From Candidatus Gottesmanbacteria bacterium (GTDB lineage Bacteria > Patescibacteriota > Microgenomatia > UBA10105 > UBA927), in the NCBI GenBank assembly GCA_963714095.1, contig OY970230.1, forward strand, positions 660,084-724,083: a stretch of 64,000 nt of DNA. The letters run 5' to 3'. This document shows positions 31,951 through 41,638 of the stretch, in pieces. Position 1 is the stretch's first letter. Each line of letters begins with the position of its first letter. Below the pieces are notes generated by a model that saw nothing but the letters and a program-made list of their open reading frames with translations, searched no databases and was not told the DNA's origin. The position numbers were made by a program, and so were the translations under genes.

Positions 31951-32984
31951 AAACATGGAAGCGGCTTCATGATAATCCCACGCTCTGGCAGCAGTATTTT
32001 GTGCGCGAAAAGGTTATCCGTGCCATACGCTCCTTTTTTGAAAAAGAAAACTTCCACGAGATAGAAACGCCCATCCTTATTGCACATCCTCCGGCCGAGT
32101 CGTATTTGGACGTTTTTGAAACGACGCTCTTGAATCGTCAACGAGAGCCGACAAAGGCATACTTGTCAACGTCTCCGGAAATTCCTCTTAAAAAACTCAT
32201 GGTTGCGGGGTTGGGAGATTGTTATAGCCTTACCCACGCCTTTAGAAATATGGAAACACAGGGGAAACGGCACAATCCGGAATTTACCGTTTTGGAGTGG
32301 TACCGAGTGAGCGCGGATTATTTCGATATTATGAAAGATTGTGAGAATTTACTTCTCGCAATCGCGGGTGGCCGCGGGTTGACCTATCAAAGAAAACAAA
32401 TTGACTTTACGCCGCCATGGGAACGAATCACTGTGGTAGATGCTTTCAAAAAATACGCCAAAATCAATTTTAATGAATTTTTTGATATTGATACTGCGAG
32501 GATCGTGGCAAGCGGTAAAGGCTACAAGGTTGAAAAAAATAATACTTGGGAACAACTGTATAACCAAATATTTTTGAATGAAGTTGAGCCCCGCCTGGGG
32601 CGGGGGAAGCCGACGATTGTATATGATTTTCCCGCTGCTGTTGCTGCTCTTGCGAAGTTAAAAAAGAATGATATGCGCTTCGCAGAGCGGTTCGAGTTCT
32701 ATATTGAAGGGCTTGAATTGGGCGACTGTTATGGTGAATTGACGGATCCGGTGGAGAGTGAAAAACGGTTTGATTTTCAAATGAAAGAGATTAAACGCTT
32801 AGGGAAAACAGCATACGATTACGATCACGATTTTATTGATGCGCTTAAGGTCGGATTGCCGACATGCAGCGGGATAGCCGTCGGCGTTGACCGCCTCATC
32901 ATGCTTTTGGCCGACGTACCCAATATCGCCGACACGTTGTTTTTTCCGGCCAGCGAGGAGTTTCCGTTGCCAGAGAAAGAATAA
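31947..32984 (+). CDS. epmA: EF-P lysine aminoacylase EpmA/GenX
   Basis: LysRS2 catalytic core without an anticodon domain: LSTSPE, FRN.E..RHNPEFT.LEWYR, ERFE and G.DRL; adjacent to efp. Confidence 0.88.
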   Translation: MKTWKRLHDNPTLWQQYFVREKVIRAIRSFFEKENFHEIETPILIAHPPAESYLDVFETTLLNRQREPTKAYLSTSPEIPLKKLMVAGLGDCYSLTHAFRNMETQGKRHNPEFTVLEWYRVSADYFDIMKDCENLLLAIAGGRGLTYQRKQIDFTPPWERITVVDAFKKYAKINFNEFFDIDTARIVASGKGYKVEKNNTWEQLYNQIFLNEVEPRLGRGKPTIVYDFPAAVAALAKLKKNDMRFAERFEFYIEGLELGDCYGELTDPVESEKRFDFQMKEIKRLGKTAYDYDHDFIDALKVGLPTCSGIAVGVDRLIMLLADVPNIADTLFFPASEEFPLPEKE

Positions 32985-33035
32985 TTCGATATAATAGGCA
33001 CGACCCACCGAAACCCGGGGGATTTTTATTTTTCT

Positions 33036-33599
33036 ATGAGCACCATTACGACCGGCGATTTTACAAAAAATACATTTATCGAATTTAAGGGTGAGCCGCA
33101 TCAGATTGTGGAATTCCAGCACGTGAACCCCGGCAAAGGCTCCGCGTTTGTACGGACGCGCCTCAAGTCCCTCAAAACCGGCAAAGTGCAGGAATTTACC
33201 TATAAATCCGGCGAATCCGTAACGGAAGTTTCCATTGCCACCCGCGAGATGCAGTACCTCTACAAAGAAGGGGACAATTACGTGTTCATGGACAATACGT
33301 CCTATGAACAATTTAATATTCCCGCCGCAATGCTTGGTATTTACGTCAATTATTTAAAACCCAATGATGTGTATCAGGTATTGGTGAATGGCGAAGAAGC
33401 GGTTGGCCTCCGGTTTCCCAAAAAAGTGCGCCTCAAGGTGACGGAGGCAACCGAGGGCGCTAAGGGCAACACCGTGTCGGGCGCCACCAAAACAGTGATT
33501 GTGGAAACCGGCGCCGTGGTCACCGTGCCGCTGTTTATCAAAGAGGGCGAAACAATCGCCATTGATCCCGAGACCGGCACCTACCTCGAACGCGCATAA
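33036..33599 (+). CDS. efp: Elongation factor P
   Basis: HVNPGKGSAFVR and ETG..V.VPLFI..GE...TGTYLER. Confidence 0.96.
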   Translation: MSTITTGDFTKNTFIEFKGEPHQIVEFQHVNPGKGSAFVRTRLKSLKTGKVQEFTYKSGESVTEVSIATREMQYLYKEGDNYVFMDNTSYEQFNIPAAMLGIYVNYLKPNDVYQVLVNGEEAVGLRFPKKVRLKVTEATEGAKGNTVSGATKTVIVETGAVVTVPLFIKEGETIAIDPETGTYLERA

Positions 33600-33622
33600 A
33601 TTTCCGTGATACACTATTTTCA

Positions 33623-34174
33623 GTGACACAGAAACTATTACGCCGTCGGATTCTTCTTATTGCCGCAATTATTCTTGTCGTATTGGCTACTTACGTAGTA
33701 ACCAGAAAGACGACAGCGCCGAATCGGTCAGCTGAAGTTTCTCAGGAAGCGACGGCATTTTCTGAAATGACCCGCGTCACGTATGTGGTTGACGGGGACA
33801 CCATTGAAATTGAGGGAGGGAGGCGCGTGCGGTACATAGGAATAGACACACCGGAAATCAGCGGCCACGGAACAAAAGAGGAATGTTACGGCGCCATTGC
33901 CAGGGATGAAAACAGTTCACTCGTCAACGGGAAAACGGTTCGGCTGGTACGTGACGTTTCCGATAAAGATGCGTATGGACGCCTGCTCCGGTACGTCTAC
34001 GTCGGAAATGAATTTATCAATGATGTTCTGGTCCGTCAGGGTTTTGCTGTTGCCGAACCGGTAAAGCCGGATACGCTGTTTGCAAAACAATTTCTTTCCG
34101 CACAAAATGAAGCAAAACAGAACGGGAGGGGATTATGGGCAGCGTGTAAAACTTCCGTTGACACCCCGCCATAA
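33623..34174 (+). CDS. Thermonuclease (SNase) family protein
   Basis: VVDGDT, VRYIGIDTPE, D.YGRLLRY and RGLW. Confidence 0.9.
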   Translation: MTQKLLRRRILLIAAIILVVLATYVVTRKTTAPNRSAEVSQEATAFSEMTRVTYVVDGDTIEIEGGRRVRYIGIDTPEISGHGTKEECYGAIARDENSSLVNGKTVRLVRDVSDKDAYGRLLRYVYVGNEFINDVLVRQGFAVAEPVKPDTLFAKQFLSAQNEAKQNGRGLWAACKTSVDTPP

Positions 34175-34192
34175 CCATGGAACAATAGAACT

Positions 34193-35080
34193 ATGCCTGA
34201 TCCGATTACTAACGAAGATTTATATGGGGGGACCTCACAACCACCAAGCCCCATAGTGACTCCAGAGCCTCCGGTTGTACCCGTATCGCCGCAGATTCCC
34301 GTTGAAGAAACGCCGGAAATTCCGATGCCTGCATCCGAGGGTACGCCGGCTCCGGTGGAGCACGCGCCGCCGATGCCGAAAGCATCCCGCGGTTTTCCGA
34401 TTATCGCGATTATTATTTTTATCATTCTTTTCATTGCCGGAATTTTTCTGTCGAGTTATATCCGTCCGTTGATTATAGGACTGAACAATGGATCGCCGAA
34501 GATTTCGACTCCGACGCTGAGTCCGACTTCGCCCCCGACAGCAAGACCGACCATCGTTGTCGCGACACCGACGCCGGCAGATCCGTTCGCCGGCTGGCAG
34601 ACGTTGACCATTGAAGGACTTTCCTATAAATTGCCGCCTGGTGTCTCGGTGCCCGCCTGTGACGGGACGGCATGTGTTTCATACGGGACGTATTTGCCGG
34701 GAGGCACGAGATTTACGATTGCACCGAGAACTGTGACGCAACCACTTTCAAATCTCCGTGGTGCGCTCATCACCGATGTAAACGGAACGGCATTTACCAG
34801 TCGTGACGCCACGGTATCAGGGTCTACGGCAATTGAATTTTCCGGTGAGTTTTCCGGCCGCACCAGCGGCGGATATGGGTTTACCCGGATGCACGGATTT
34901 ATGATTGAGATAACGCCTACAGAAACTATAGAAATAAATCATTTTACGCCGACCGGTATCAGTACGGATTGGGCCCGCGACGATGCGATATTTGCGCAAA
35001 TTATCTCAACCTTGTCATTCACTTCGCAGCCGTCAATGGCAACGATTACGCCGGTCTCGGCAACCACATCGGGATATTAA
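34193..35080 (+). CDS. Hypothetical Pro-rich single-pass membrane protein
   Basis: Pro-rich N-terminus, TM helix and extracellular domain. Confidence 0.7.
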   Translation: MPDPITNEDLYGGTSQPPSPIVTPEPPVVPVSPQIPVEETPEIPMPASEGTPAPVEHAPPMPKASRGFPIIAIIIFIILFIAGIFLSSYIRPLIIGLNNGSPKISTPTLSPTSPPTARPTIVVATPTPADPFAGWQTLTIEGLSYKLPPGVSVPACDGTACVSYGTYLPGGTRFTIAPRTVTQPLSNLRGALITDVNGTAFTSRDATVSGSTAIEFSGEFSGRTSGGYGFTRMHGFMIEITPTETIEINHFTPTGISTDWARDDAIFAQIISTLSFTSQPSMATITPVSATTSGY

Positions 35081-37173
35081 TCAGGCCAGGATGAAATAAT
35101 CAGCGGCTTATCGTGTACCCGCGGCATTTTATTCCAGATTTCTTCTGTAACAAACGGCATAAAGGGATGGAGGAGTTTAAGAAAGGTTATTAATCCATCA
35201 TAGAGAGCACGATAAGACAGCTTATCTTTTTTTACATCTTCAATACAGATATCACAATACCAATGCCAAAAATTTTCATAAATTATATCTGCAGCGAGCG
35301 ACAAATTATATTTTTCTAGCCGTTTTGTTGCATCAGTCGTGATCTTTTTAAGTTTTTTATAGAAAACCTGATCCTGAATTGACGGTCCGTATTTTCCCTC
35401 TTTCGGTTCTTTATAATTTAAAGAAATAAATCTTGCGGCATTCCAAAGTTTATTGGCAAAGTTGCGCATGCCGCGGATTTTGTCTTCGGACAGCGACTGG
35501 TCGTTTCCGGCGGCTGTTCCGAATACCAGTGAAAACCTCAGGGCGTCGGCGCCGTACTGGTCCGCCATCTTGAGGGGATTAATGACATTACCTTTGCTCT
35601 TGCTCATTTTTTGTCCCTTGGCATCACGGACGAGGCCGTGAAGGTATACCGTTCTAAACGGTACATCACCTGTAATATATATTCCTAGCATCATCATCCG
35701 GCATACCCAGACCGGAAGTATGTCGTAGCCGGTTTCCATAACCGACGTAGGATAGAATCGCTCAAAATCTCCTGGTTGAGCGGCCTTCAGCGTTGCAAAC
35801 GGCCATTGGGCGGAAGAAAACCATGTATCAAAATTATCCATATCCTGCGTAAGGCGCGTGCCGCCGCATTTAGTGCAATTGGTGGGCGTTTCACCGTCGG
35901 TGACCACCCAGTATTCCTCTTTCTGGGTGCTGCAGTTTTCACATTTCCAGGCAGGAATGCGGATGCCCCAGACAATCTGGCGTGATATATTCCAATCGTG
36001 GAAATTAGTGAGCCACATGGTGGCGATTTTTTCGAACCGTTTCGGTACAAATGTAATGTTCTTTTCTTTGATCGCTTTTTTGGCGGCATCGGCCAGTGGT
36101 TTTACTTTGATGTACCACTGGGAAAGAGGAAGTGGCTCCAGGACAGTTCCGCACTTATAACAGGTGGCAACCGTGTGGACGTAATCATTGTCAATATGAT
36201 CCATAAGTCCGCGGTCAATCATATCCTTAACGATTTGTTCACGAGCTGCTTTTACTTTCATTCCCGCATATGGGCCACAGAGTTTGGTGAGCCTGCCGTC
36301 AAAACCGATGACCTGTTTGCCGGGCAGATTATGGCGTTTGGCAATCTGAAAATCCGTCATGTCGTGGTAGGGCGTCACTTTCGCAACTCCCGTCCCGAAC
36401 GCCGGATCTATTGCATCATCCGCAACAACGACTACCTTAAAGGGTCCCAGCAATCCTTCGACTTTAATTTCCTGACCAATCCACTTTTTGTAGCGTTTGT
36501 CTCTGGGGTTGACGGCGACTGCCGTGTCGCCGAATTTTGTTTCCGGCCGCACCGTGGCGAGAATAAACGGTCCGTATTTCATGTAATACAATGGATCTGT
36601 CCGTTCGACATGCACGACTTCTAAATCGGAAAAACTTGTTCCGTCTTTTGTGCAGTAATTCACGAGTCCCGCATCACGGTAGACCAGTCCGTCATCAAAT
36701 AATTTCTTAAATGATTGATGGACGATGGTGACGATTTTCGGGTCTAACATAAAAATATTGCGGCTCCAGTCCAGTGAAAATCCCAGCCTGCGCAATTGAT
36801 TTTCCATAGTCCCGCGGTTAGCTGCTACAAAATTCCAGATATCTTTATAGAGCGTTTCCCTGTCAAAATCGAAGCGGCTTTTGTCCTGTTTTGCCAGGTA
36901 TTTTTCATACACAAATTGCGTCTCGAATCCCGCGTGATCCGCGCCGGGCAGCCACAATGTTGGGTCACCCTTCATACGGTGGTAGCGGATCATGATATCT
37001 TCCACGACGTACATTGCGTGGCCCAAGTGCAGGTCAGCGTTGGCGTTTGGGGGGGGTAAGAGAATTGAAAACGGTTTTTTCGATGAATCATTATTCGGCG
37101 AAAAATACCCACCAGTCTCCCAAAGTTTATAGATATTTTCTTCAACTGATTTTGGATCGTAGGCTTTATCCAT
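35077..37173 (-). CDS. valS: Valine--tRNA ligase (short form lacking the C-terminal coiled coil)
   Basis: PPPNANADLHLGH, DWNISRQ, DTWFSS and KMSKS; start MDKAYDP. Confidence 0.95.
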   Translation of the reverse strand: MDKAYDPKSVEENIYKLWETGGYFSPNNDSSKKPFSILLPPPNANADLHLGHAMYVVEDIMIRYHRMKGDPTLWLPGADHAGFETQFVYEKYLAKQDKSRFDFDRETLYKDIWNFVAANRGTMENQLRRLGFSLDWSRNIFMLDPKIVTIVHQSFKKLFDDGLVYRDAGLVNYCTKDGTSFSDLEVVHVERTDPLYYMKYGPFILATVRPETKFGDTAVAVNPRDKRYKKWIGQEIKVEGLLGPFKVVVVADDAIDPAFGTGVAKVTPYHDMTDFQIAKRHNLPGKQVIGFDGRLTKLCGPYAGMKVKAAREQIVKDMIDRGLMDHIDNDYVHTVATCYKCGTVLEPLPLSQWYIKVKPLADAAKKAIKEKNITFVPKRFEKIATMWLTNFHDWNISRQIVWGIRIPAWKCENCSTQKEEYWVVTDGETPTNCTKCGGTRLTQDMDNFDTWFSSAQWPFATLKAAQPGDFERFYPTSVMETGYDILPVWVCRMMMLGIYITGDVPFRTVYLHGLVRDAKGQKMSKSKGNVINPLKMADQYGADALRFSLVFGTAAGNDQSLSEDKIRGMRNFANKLWNAARFISLNYKEPKEGKYGPSIQDQVFYKKLKKITTDATKRLEKYNLSLAADIIYENFWHWYCDICIEDVKKDKLSYRALYDGLITFLKLLHPFMPFVTEEIWNKMPRVHDKPLIISSWPD

Positions 37174-37216
37174 GAGGCAATTGTACTCTAGGGGCGCGTT
37201 TTGCAGCAAGTTGTTG

Positions 37217-37432
37217 TTACCGACGGCGGTTACCGAGGTTTGTGAGGATTCCGCCAAGCCAGCCATTTATCCAATGGGGGCGGCCGCTGATATGATTATC
37301 AAATCTGGATCCAAAAAGGTGATGCATAGTATGAAGATACTGTCTCCGTTCTTCTTCTCTGGCATTTTGTATCTGATATGCCTGTTCAATAGCGGTTGGC
37401 TCGTGAGGATTTATTTCTCGTCGGTTTCCCAT
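37217..37432 (-). CDS. Small hypothetical protein (71 aa)
   Basis: Preceded by TTGACT-17-TATAAT-6-ATG. Confidence 0.55.
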   Translation of the reverse strand: MGNRREINPHEPTAIEQAYQIQNAREEERRQYLHTMHHLFGSRFDNHISGRPHWINGWLGGILTNLGNRRR

Positions 37433-37473
37433 GCCCAGATTATATGGTTGGGGTTTGATTAAGTCAAAAAAAT

Positions 37474-38334
37474 TTATAGTTCTTCCAATTTGACCGTGTC
37501 TGTGCCTTTGTCTTTCACCAGCTCCAGATACCGCTCGGTGGTGGAGAGGCGTTTGTGGCCGACCAATTTGCTTAACGTCGTGATAGAAGTGCCCGCCATC
37601 AGATGATGGGCAATGAATGTGTGGCGAAGATCATTAACCTTTGCCCCTTCAATTCCGGCAATCCGGAAATACCGGTCAATCGCGGTTCGTATGTTACGGA
37701 TAAGAAGCGCCCGTCCGGTTTTGGTGACAAAGAGTGCCTTACTGGTTGCATTGGAGCTTCGAATTGCAACGTAGTGGTCCAGGGCCTCTTTGGCAGCCTT
37801 ATTGAGCGGTACCAAACGCTGTGTATGGCCTTCCTGGGCTGCAATATTGAGTTCGGTGCCTTTGATATCGGAAAGGGTGAGGGCAGCAAGTTCTCCGATG
37901 CGGATTCCTGTTTGTAAAAATAGCTCGACAATCGCATAAATACGAGTATCGCCGCGGCATGCATCCCGCAGTGCCCGATACTCGATTTTGGATAAAATCC
38001 TCGGCGGTTTAACCTCATATTTTGGGTGTTCAATCTCGATTGCCGGATCCATGGTAATTGCGCCGGAAGCCTTTAAAAATCGGAAAAAGGTCTTAATAGA
38101 GTTAATCTTTCGTGAGATGGATTTGGGTGTATAGCTATCCGACGCGAGTTTTTTTAAAAATGCCTCCAGTTCGTCGCGCGTCACTTCCGTGATCGTTTTC
38201 TTACCCATGTTAGCAAGAAACGTGATGACCTGTTCGATGTCTTTCCCATATGCTACGATGGTAGCGCGGGCACGCCTGCGGCTGGTTAAATATTCAGTAA
38301 ATTGTGTGTGGGCAGTTTTAAGATCGATAGCCAT
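37474..38334 (-). CDS. XerC/D-like tyrosine recombinase
   Basis: TGIRIGEL, LRHTF and LVGH..LSTTERY. Confidence 0.88.
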   Translation of the reverse strand: MAIDLKTAHTQFTEYLTSRRRARATIVAYGKDIEQVITFLANMGKKTITEVTRDELEAFLKKLASDSYTPKSISRKINSIKTFFRFLKASGAITMDPAIEIEHPKYEVKPPRILSKIEYRALRDACRGDTRIYAIVELFLQTGIRIGELAALTLSDIKGTELNIAAQEGHTQRLVPLNKAAKEALDHYVAIRSSNATSKALFVTKTGRALLIRNIRTAIDRYFRIAGIEGAKVNDLRHTFIAHHLMAGTSITTLSKLVGHKRLSTTERYLELVKDKGTDTVKLEEL

Positions 38335-38390
38335 AAAAATGTTTAAGTCCTATAATATCATGGAATACGCTTGATTTCAAGGGTCAAAAT

Positions 38391-38729
38391 ATGGGGAGGA
38401 AATTGGTTCGTATCGTTGCTCTCGTTATTTGTATCATTGTGGGCGTGGGGATAGTAAGATCCGTCTACACGCTTTCGCAAAAGAAGGGAATTCTTGCTGA
38501 GCGTCAGCAGGTGCTTACCGAGCTTACGGCAAAAAACAGACAGCTTCAGGAAGATCTGCGGGAAGCGACAAGCGAGGCATTTATTGAACAGGCGGCGCGG
38601 GATAAGCTGGGTCTGGTGAAGGAAGGGGAGACGATAGTGATTATGAATAAGGCGACCGGCGGACCCGAAACTCCAAATAATCCTCAGGAATTGCCCCCGT
38701 GGGTGCAGTGGTGGAGTTTGTTTTTTTAA
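38391..38729 (+). CDS. Septum formation initiator (FtsB/DivIC family)
   Basis: TM helix, coiled coil and FIEQAARDKLGLVKEGE. Confidence 0.8.
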   Translation: MGRKLVRIVALVICIIVGVGIVRSVYTLSQKKGILAERQQVLTELTAKNRQLQEDLREATSEAFIEQAARDKLGLVKEGETIVIMNKATGGPETPNNPQELPPWVQWWSLFF

Positions 38730-38734
38730 CCGTG

Positions 38735-38806
38735 TGTCAGGGGAGAGGATCGGACTCTCGACATGCAGTTTATGATACTGCCGCTCTACCACTGAGCTAC
38801 CCTGAC
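38735..38806 (-). tRNA. tRNA with CAT anticodon (elongator Met or Ile2)
   Basis: Cloverleaf gtcaggg/ccctgac, gctc/gagc, gcagt-atCATaa-actgc, gagag-tccgatc-ctctc; no encoded CCA. Confidence 0.8.
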
Positions 38807-38891
38807 AATAGTGCTATTTTAGCGGTTTTGAGGCGCGAAGGCAATATAAATACATTCAAAATATGGTATAATAGCTTGTTCTTTCATGAAC

Positions 38892-38961
38892 CGCGGGGTA
38901 GTGTAGAGTCGCACAGAAGGCTCATAATCTTCTAGACCAGGCGCGCCTCCTGGCCCCGCAA
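38892..38961 (+). tRNA. Atypical tRNA-Met(CAT), initiator-like (C1:A72); island attachment site
   Basis: cgcgggg/ccccgca, gtgt/gcac, gaagg-ctCATaa-tcttc, ccagg-cgcgcct-cctgg; TGgTATAAT upstream at 38864-38872. Confidence 0.7.
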
Positions 38962-40665
38962 CAAGCTAGGAATTGAAGCAAACATTTCATCCGTTTGAGC
39001 TGTTGGAATGCTCTGTTTATCGGGTGCGAGTAATTCTTGAAGGATTGGTACCTCAGACTTCATCTTTTTGATGAACGCAAGCGAGAAGGGACTATCAATA
39101 CGCAATGATTTGTCATGTAATTTTAGGTGCGAACCTAACTTCGATAGTATCTCCCGTTTCACTGTGAGGTCAGGTTTTGCAAACCGTTCACGTGCATGAG
39201 CGGCAAAATTGAACTTCTCGTTTATCTCTTCTGCGGCTTGGAGCATGCGTTCGTCTATGCTGCCCATCTGTTTACCCAATCCTTTTATCTCGGCTTCTAG
39301 CTTAAGTTTTTGCTCTTTGAACTGCTCGTCCGATAACATGCTACCGTCGCTGTTGAGCGGTGATATTTTGAGCTTGACGAGGTTATCAAGCTCCTTCCGG
39401 GCGTCGGAATGGGCTCGAGATACCGACCGTATAGCTTCCTCTCGGAAATCCCGTTCCCCGTCATTCATTGCATTGATTTGTCGTATGGACCAATCCACGA
39501 AGCACTGCGGGATTTCGAGAGAGGATAACTCGGCTTCTATCTGTTTCTCAAAGAGATCGAGCCGTATGCCCTTTTGTGTACATTGAATGTCTTTCCGGCG
39601 TTTACAACGGTAGTAAACATAATGCAGTATTGTTGGGTCCTTCATTTGGTCAATCCGAGTTAAACAGCGTGGACATTTTTCTTTGTTTTTCTTCGTGAGA
39701 GAAAACTTAAGCTTACAATGACGGCAAATACACTGCCACTTCTCCTCTGCCGTGATCGTAGAGCCACAAAACCCACATTTCAGAAGTGACGTATACGCCC
39801 ATTCATGATTTTTGAGATGGTATTTACTCTTATGACCTAGAATGACTTGCACTTCCTCAAATAGTTCATCGCTAATGGCGGGGGTATGTTTTCCTTCATG
39901 CCACTCACCACTACCTTCGGGATACTCAAATTTGCCTGTGTAGAATGGGTTACCGAGGATTTTATAGATATTGCTGATAGACAAAGGTCGTCCTCCCATT
40001 CGTTTTTGTTGCCGCGTCCTGTAGCCCCATTCCTTTTCCGCTAAACGATGTATCTCTGTCACCGGCGTACCCTTTCGGAACAACTCAAATATCCTTTGTA
40101 TGAACGGAAGCCGTTCTGGGTCGGTTAAGATACGCCTAAAGCCGCTTTCCGTACCTTTATCGTTGAGATAGCCTTGTGGTGCGACGCCTGGCCGCCATCC
40201 GTCACGGCATTTCTTATCTAAACCACGCTTTACCACGATTGCCTTGTCATCGCTGTCTTTTTTGGATAAGCCGAACTCAAGCGTTAGCATAAACTTATCT
40301 TCCGGTGTGTTGTGGTAGGTCCGGGAAGGTGTGCATACTTCAAGTAGCTTTCCCATATCAAACAGGTCAATTATCCTGCCACCATCAGTCATGTTTCGTG
40401 CTAATCTGTTCGGATGCCACGTGACGATTGCATTTGCTTCACCCTCTTCTATCCGCGAAATCATTGTTTCAAAGATGGGTCGCCCTTTTTCATGCGCTGA
40501 CCGTGATTCTTGGAGCACTTCAATAACCCGCAAGTTATGGCGGGACTTCAAGCCCTCGAGGATATAAAGCTGTTCGGGAAGTGACGCCGCCTGGCGCTCT
40601 TTATTATCCTCCGACGACTTGCGGGCATATCCAAAGTATTTTAGTTGAACTGTTTGTATATCCAT
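38932..40665 (-). CDS. Large serine recombinase (integrase)
   Basis: YARKSSE catalytic Ser, NRLARN, APQGY, NPFYTG, Zn-ribbon LLKCGFCG/YYRC and a coiled coil. Confidence 0.93.
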   Translation of the reverse strand: MDIQTVQLKYFGYARKSSEDNKERQAASLPEQLYILEGLKSRHNLRVIEVLQESRSAHEKGRPIFETMISRIEEGEANAIVTWHPNRLARNMTDGGRIIDLFDMGKLLEVCTPSRTYHNTPEDKFMLTLEFGLSKKDSDDKAIVVKRGLDKKCRDGWRPGVAPQGYLNDKGTESGFRRILTDPERLPFIQRIFELFRKGTPVTEIHRLAEKEWGYRTRQQKRMGGRPLSISNIYKILGNPFYTGKFEYPEGSGEWHEGKHTPAISDELFEEVQVILGHKSKYHLKNHEWAYTSLLKCGFCGSTITAEEKWQCICRHCKLKFSLTKKNKEKCPRCLTRIDQMKDPTILHYVYYRCKRRKDIQCTQKGIRLDLFEKQIEAELSSLEIPQCFVDWSIRQINAMNDGERDFREEAIRSVSRAHSDARKELDNLVKLKISPLNSDGSMLSDEQFKEQKLKLEAEIKGLGKQMGSIDERMLQAAEEINEKFNFAAHARERFAKPDLTVKREILSKLGSHLKLHDKSLRIDSPFSLAFIKKMKSEVPILQELLAPDKQSIPTAQTDEMFASIPSLLRGQEARLV

Positions 40666-40671
40666 AATAAA

Positions 40672-40750
40672 GGCCGTACTGGTGCAACCACACCCTTGCG
40701 GATATGTCCAATACGGCCATTAAAAATCCGCCCTGGGATATGTGGTTGCA
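40672..40750 (-). promoter_or_regulatory. Structured leader upstream of the recombinase (hairpin plus potential pseudoknot)
   Basis: tgcaaccaca/tgtggttgca, gcggat/atccgc and ggccgtactgg/ccaatacggcc. Confidence 0.5.
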
Positions 40751-40753
40751 TGG

Positions 40754-41638
40754 TTAGTATAGATCATCTTTTAACGATTCGTCAATTTTCTTTTCCAGAG
40801 CGTCTTTTTCTTCCGTATTTAATTCCAGATGTGTTTGAATATCCTGTATGGTTTCCAGAAATTTTGGCTCTACAAGCGTGGCATCATTTGTAAAATCCGC
40901 GGCGTAATCACGGTATACCCGAAGGAGTCTTAGTGATTCATCAAGGTTACAAAACATCGCAATAAGCTCTTCAGAATTTTTTATCAGTTGTTTTATACTC
41001 GCGGGGAGGAAGTCTATGGAAGCTTTCTCTGTCACATAGGACATTTCATAGAGTTTTGATTTGAGTTTTTTTGCGATTTGGAAGGAGAACATAAAGGATT
41101 TTTGAATCCCCCGATTTGGCTCGAGACCACTGGTGTTTGCCGATTGTTCCTCTGTTTGTTCAGTCTCTTCCTCGTCCATTGGAGGATTAAACAAGTCAAA
41201 CCCTTTGAGAATAACGCTGTCTATTTTGTATTTCTTCCGAAGCTCGGAGACGCTCGTTTCGACCGTTGCAGGTGATTTGTTATTTTGATTAGCCATATCA
41301 TAGAAAATTTCCGATATGAGATCCTCGGTTGCGCCTTTCAATATGACCCCCATGAGCGTTTTTTCCAGCTGACAAATCGCCAGGAGGAGATTGCGTTCGG
41401 CTATTTCTATATCAATGTCCAGGAACATGGTTGTCCGGTATAACTCATTCACTCTGCGTATTTCCTTCATCTCACCGGATTTCCGTGCGTCATCTAAAAT
41501 AGCATCCCGTTCTTGAGGTGTAAGAATCGATTCTTTTCCCGCGGTTTCGGCCTGGCGGTTTATATCCTGAAAGAGGAGCTTCATCTTGTCCTGGATATGC
41601 ATCCCCTTGGAAAGTTTTTTGAGATCAAGGTGTACCAT
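40754..41638 (-). CDS. Hypothetical protein (element core)
   Basis: Helical, charged 294-aa ORF co-oriented with its neighbours. Confidence 0.7.
   Translation of the reverse strand: MVHLDLKKLSKGMHIQDKMKLLFQDINRQAETAGKESILTPQERDAILDDARKSGEMKEIRRVNELYRTTMFLDIDIEIAERNLLLAICQLEKTLMGVILKGATEDLISEIFYDMANQNNKSPATVETSVSELRKKYKIDSVILKGFDLFNPPMDEEETEQTEEQSANTSGLEPNRGIQKSFMFSFQIAKKLKSKLYEMSYVTEKASIDFLPASIKQLIKNSEELIAMFCNLDESLRLLRVYRDYAADFTNDATLVEPKFLETIQDIQTHLELNTEEKDALEKKIDESLKDDLY

Noticed and set aside
37474-38334. Tyrosine recombinase as an integron integrase or the island integrase
   Set aside because: It has Xer-like size with no evident IntI insertion, and it lies among housekeeping genes outside the tRNA boundary.
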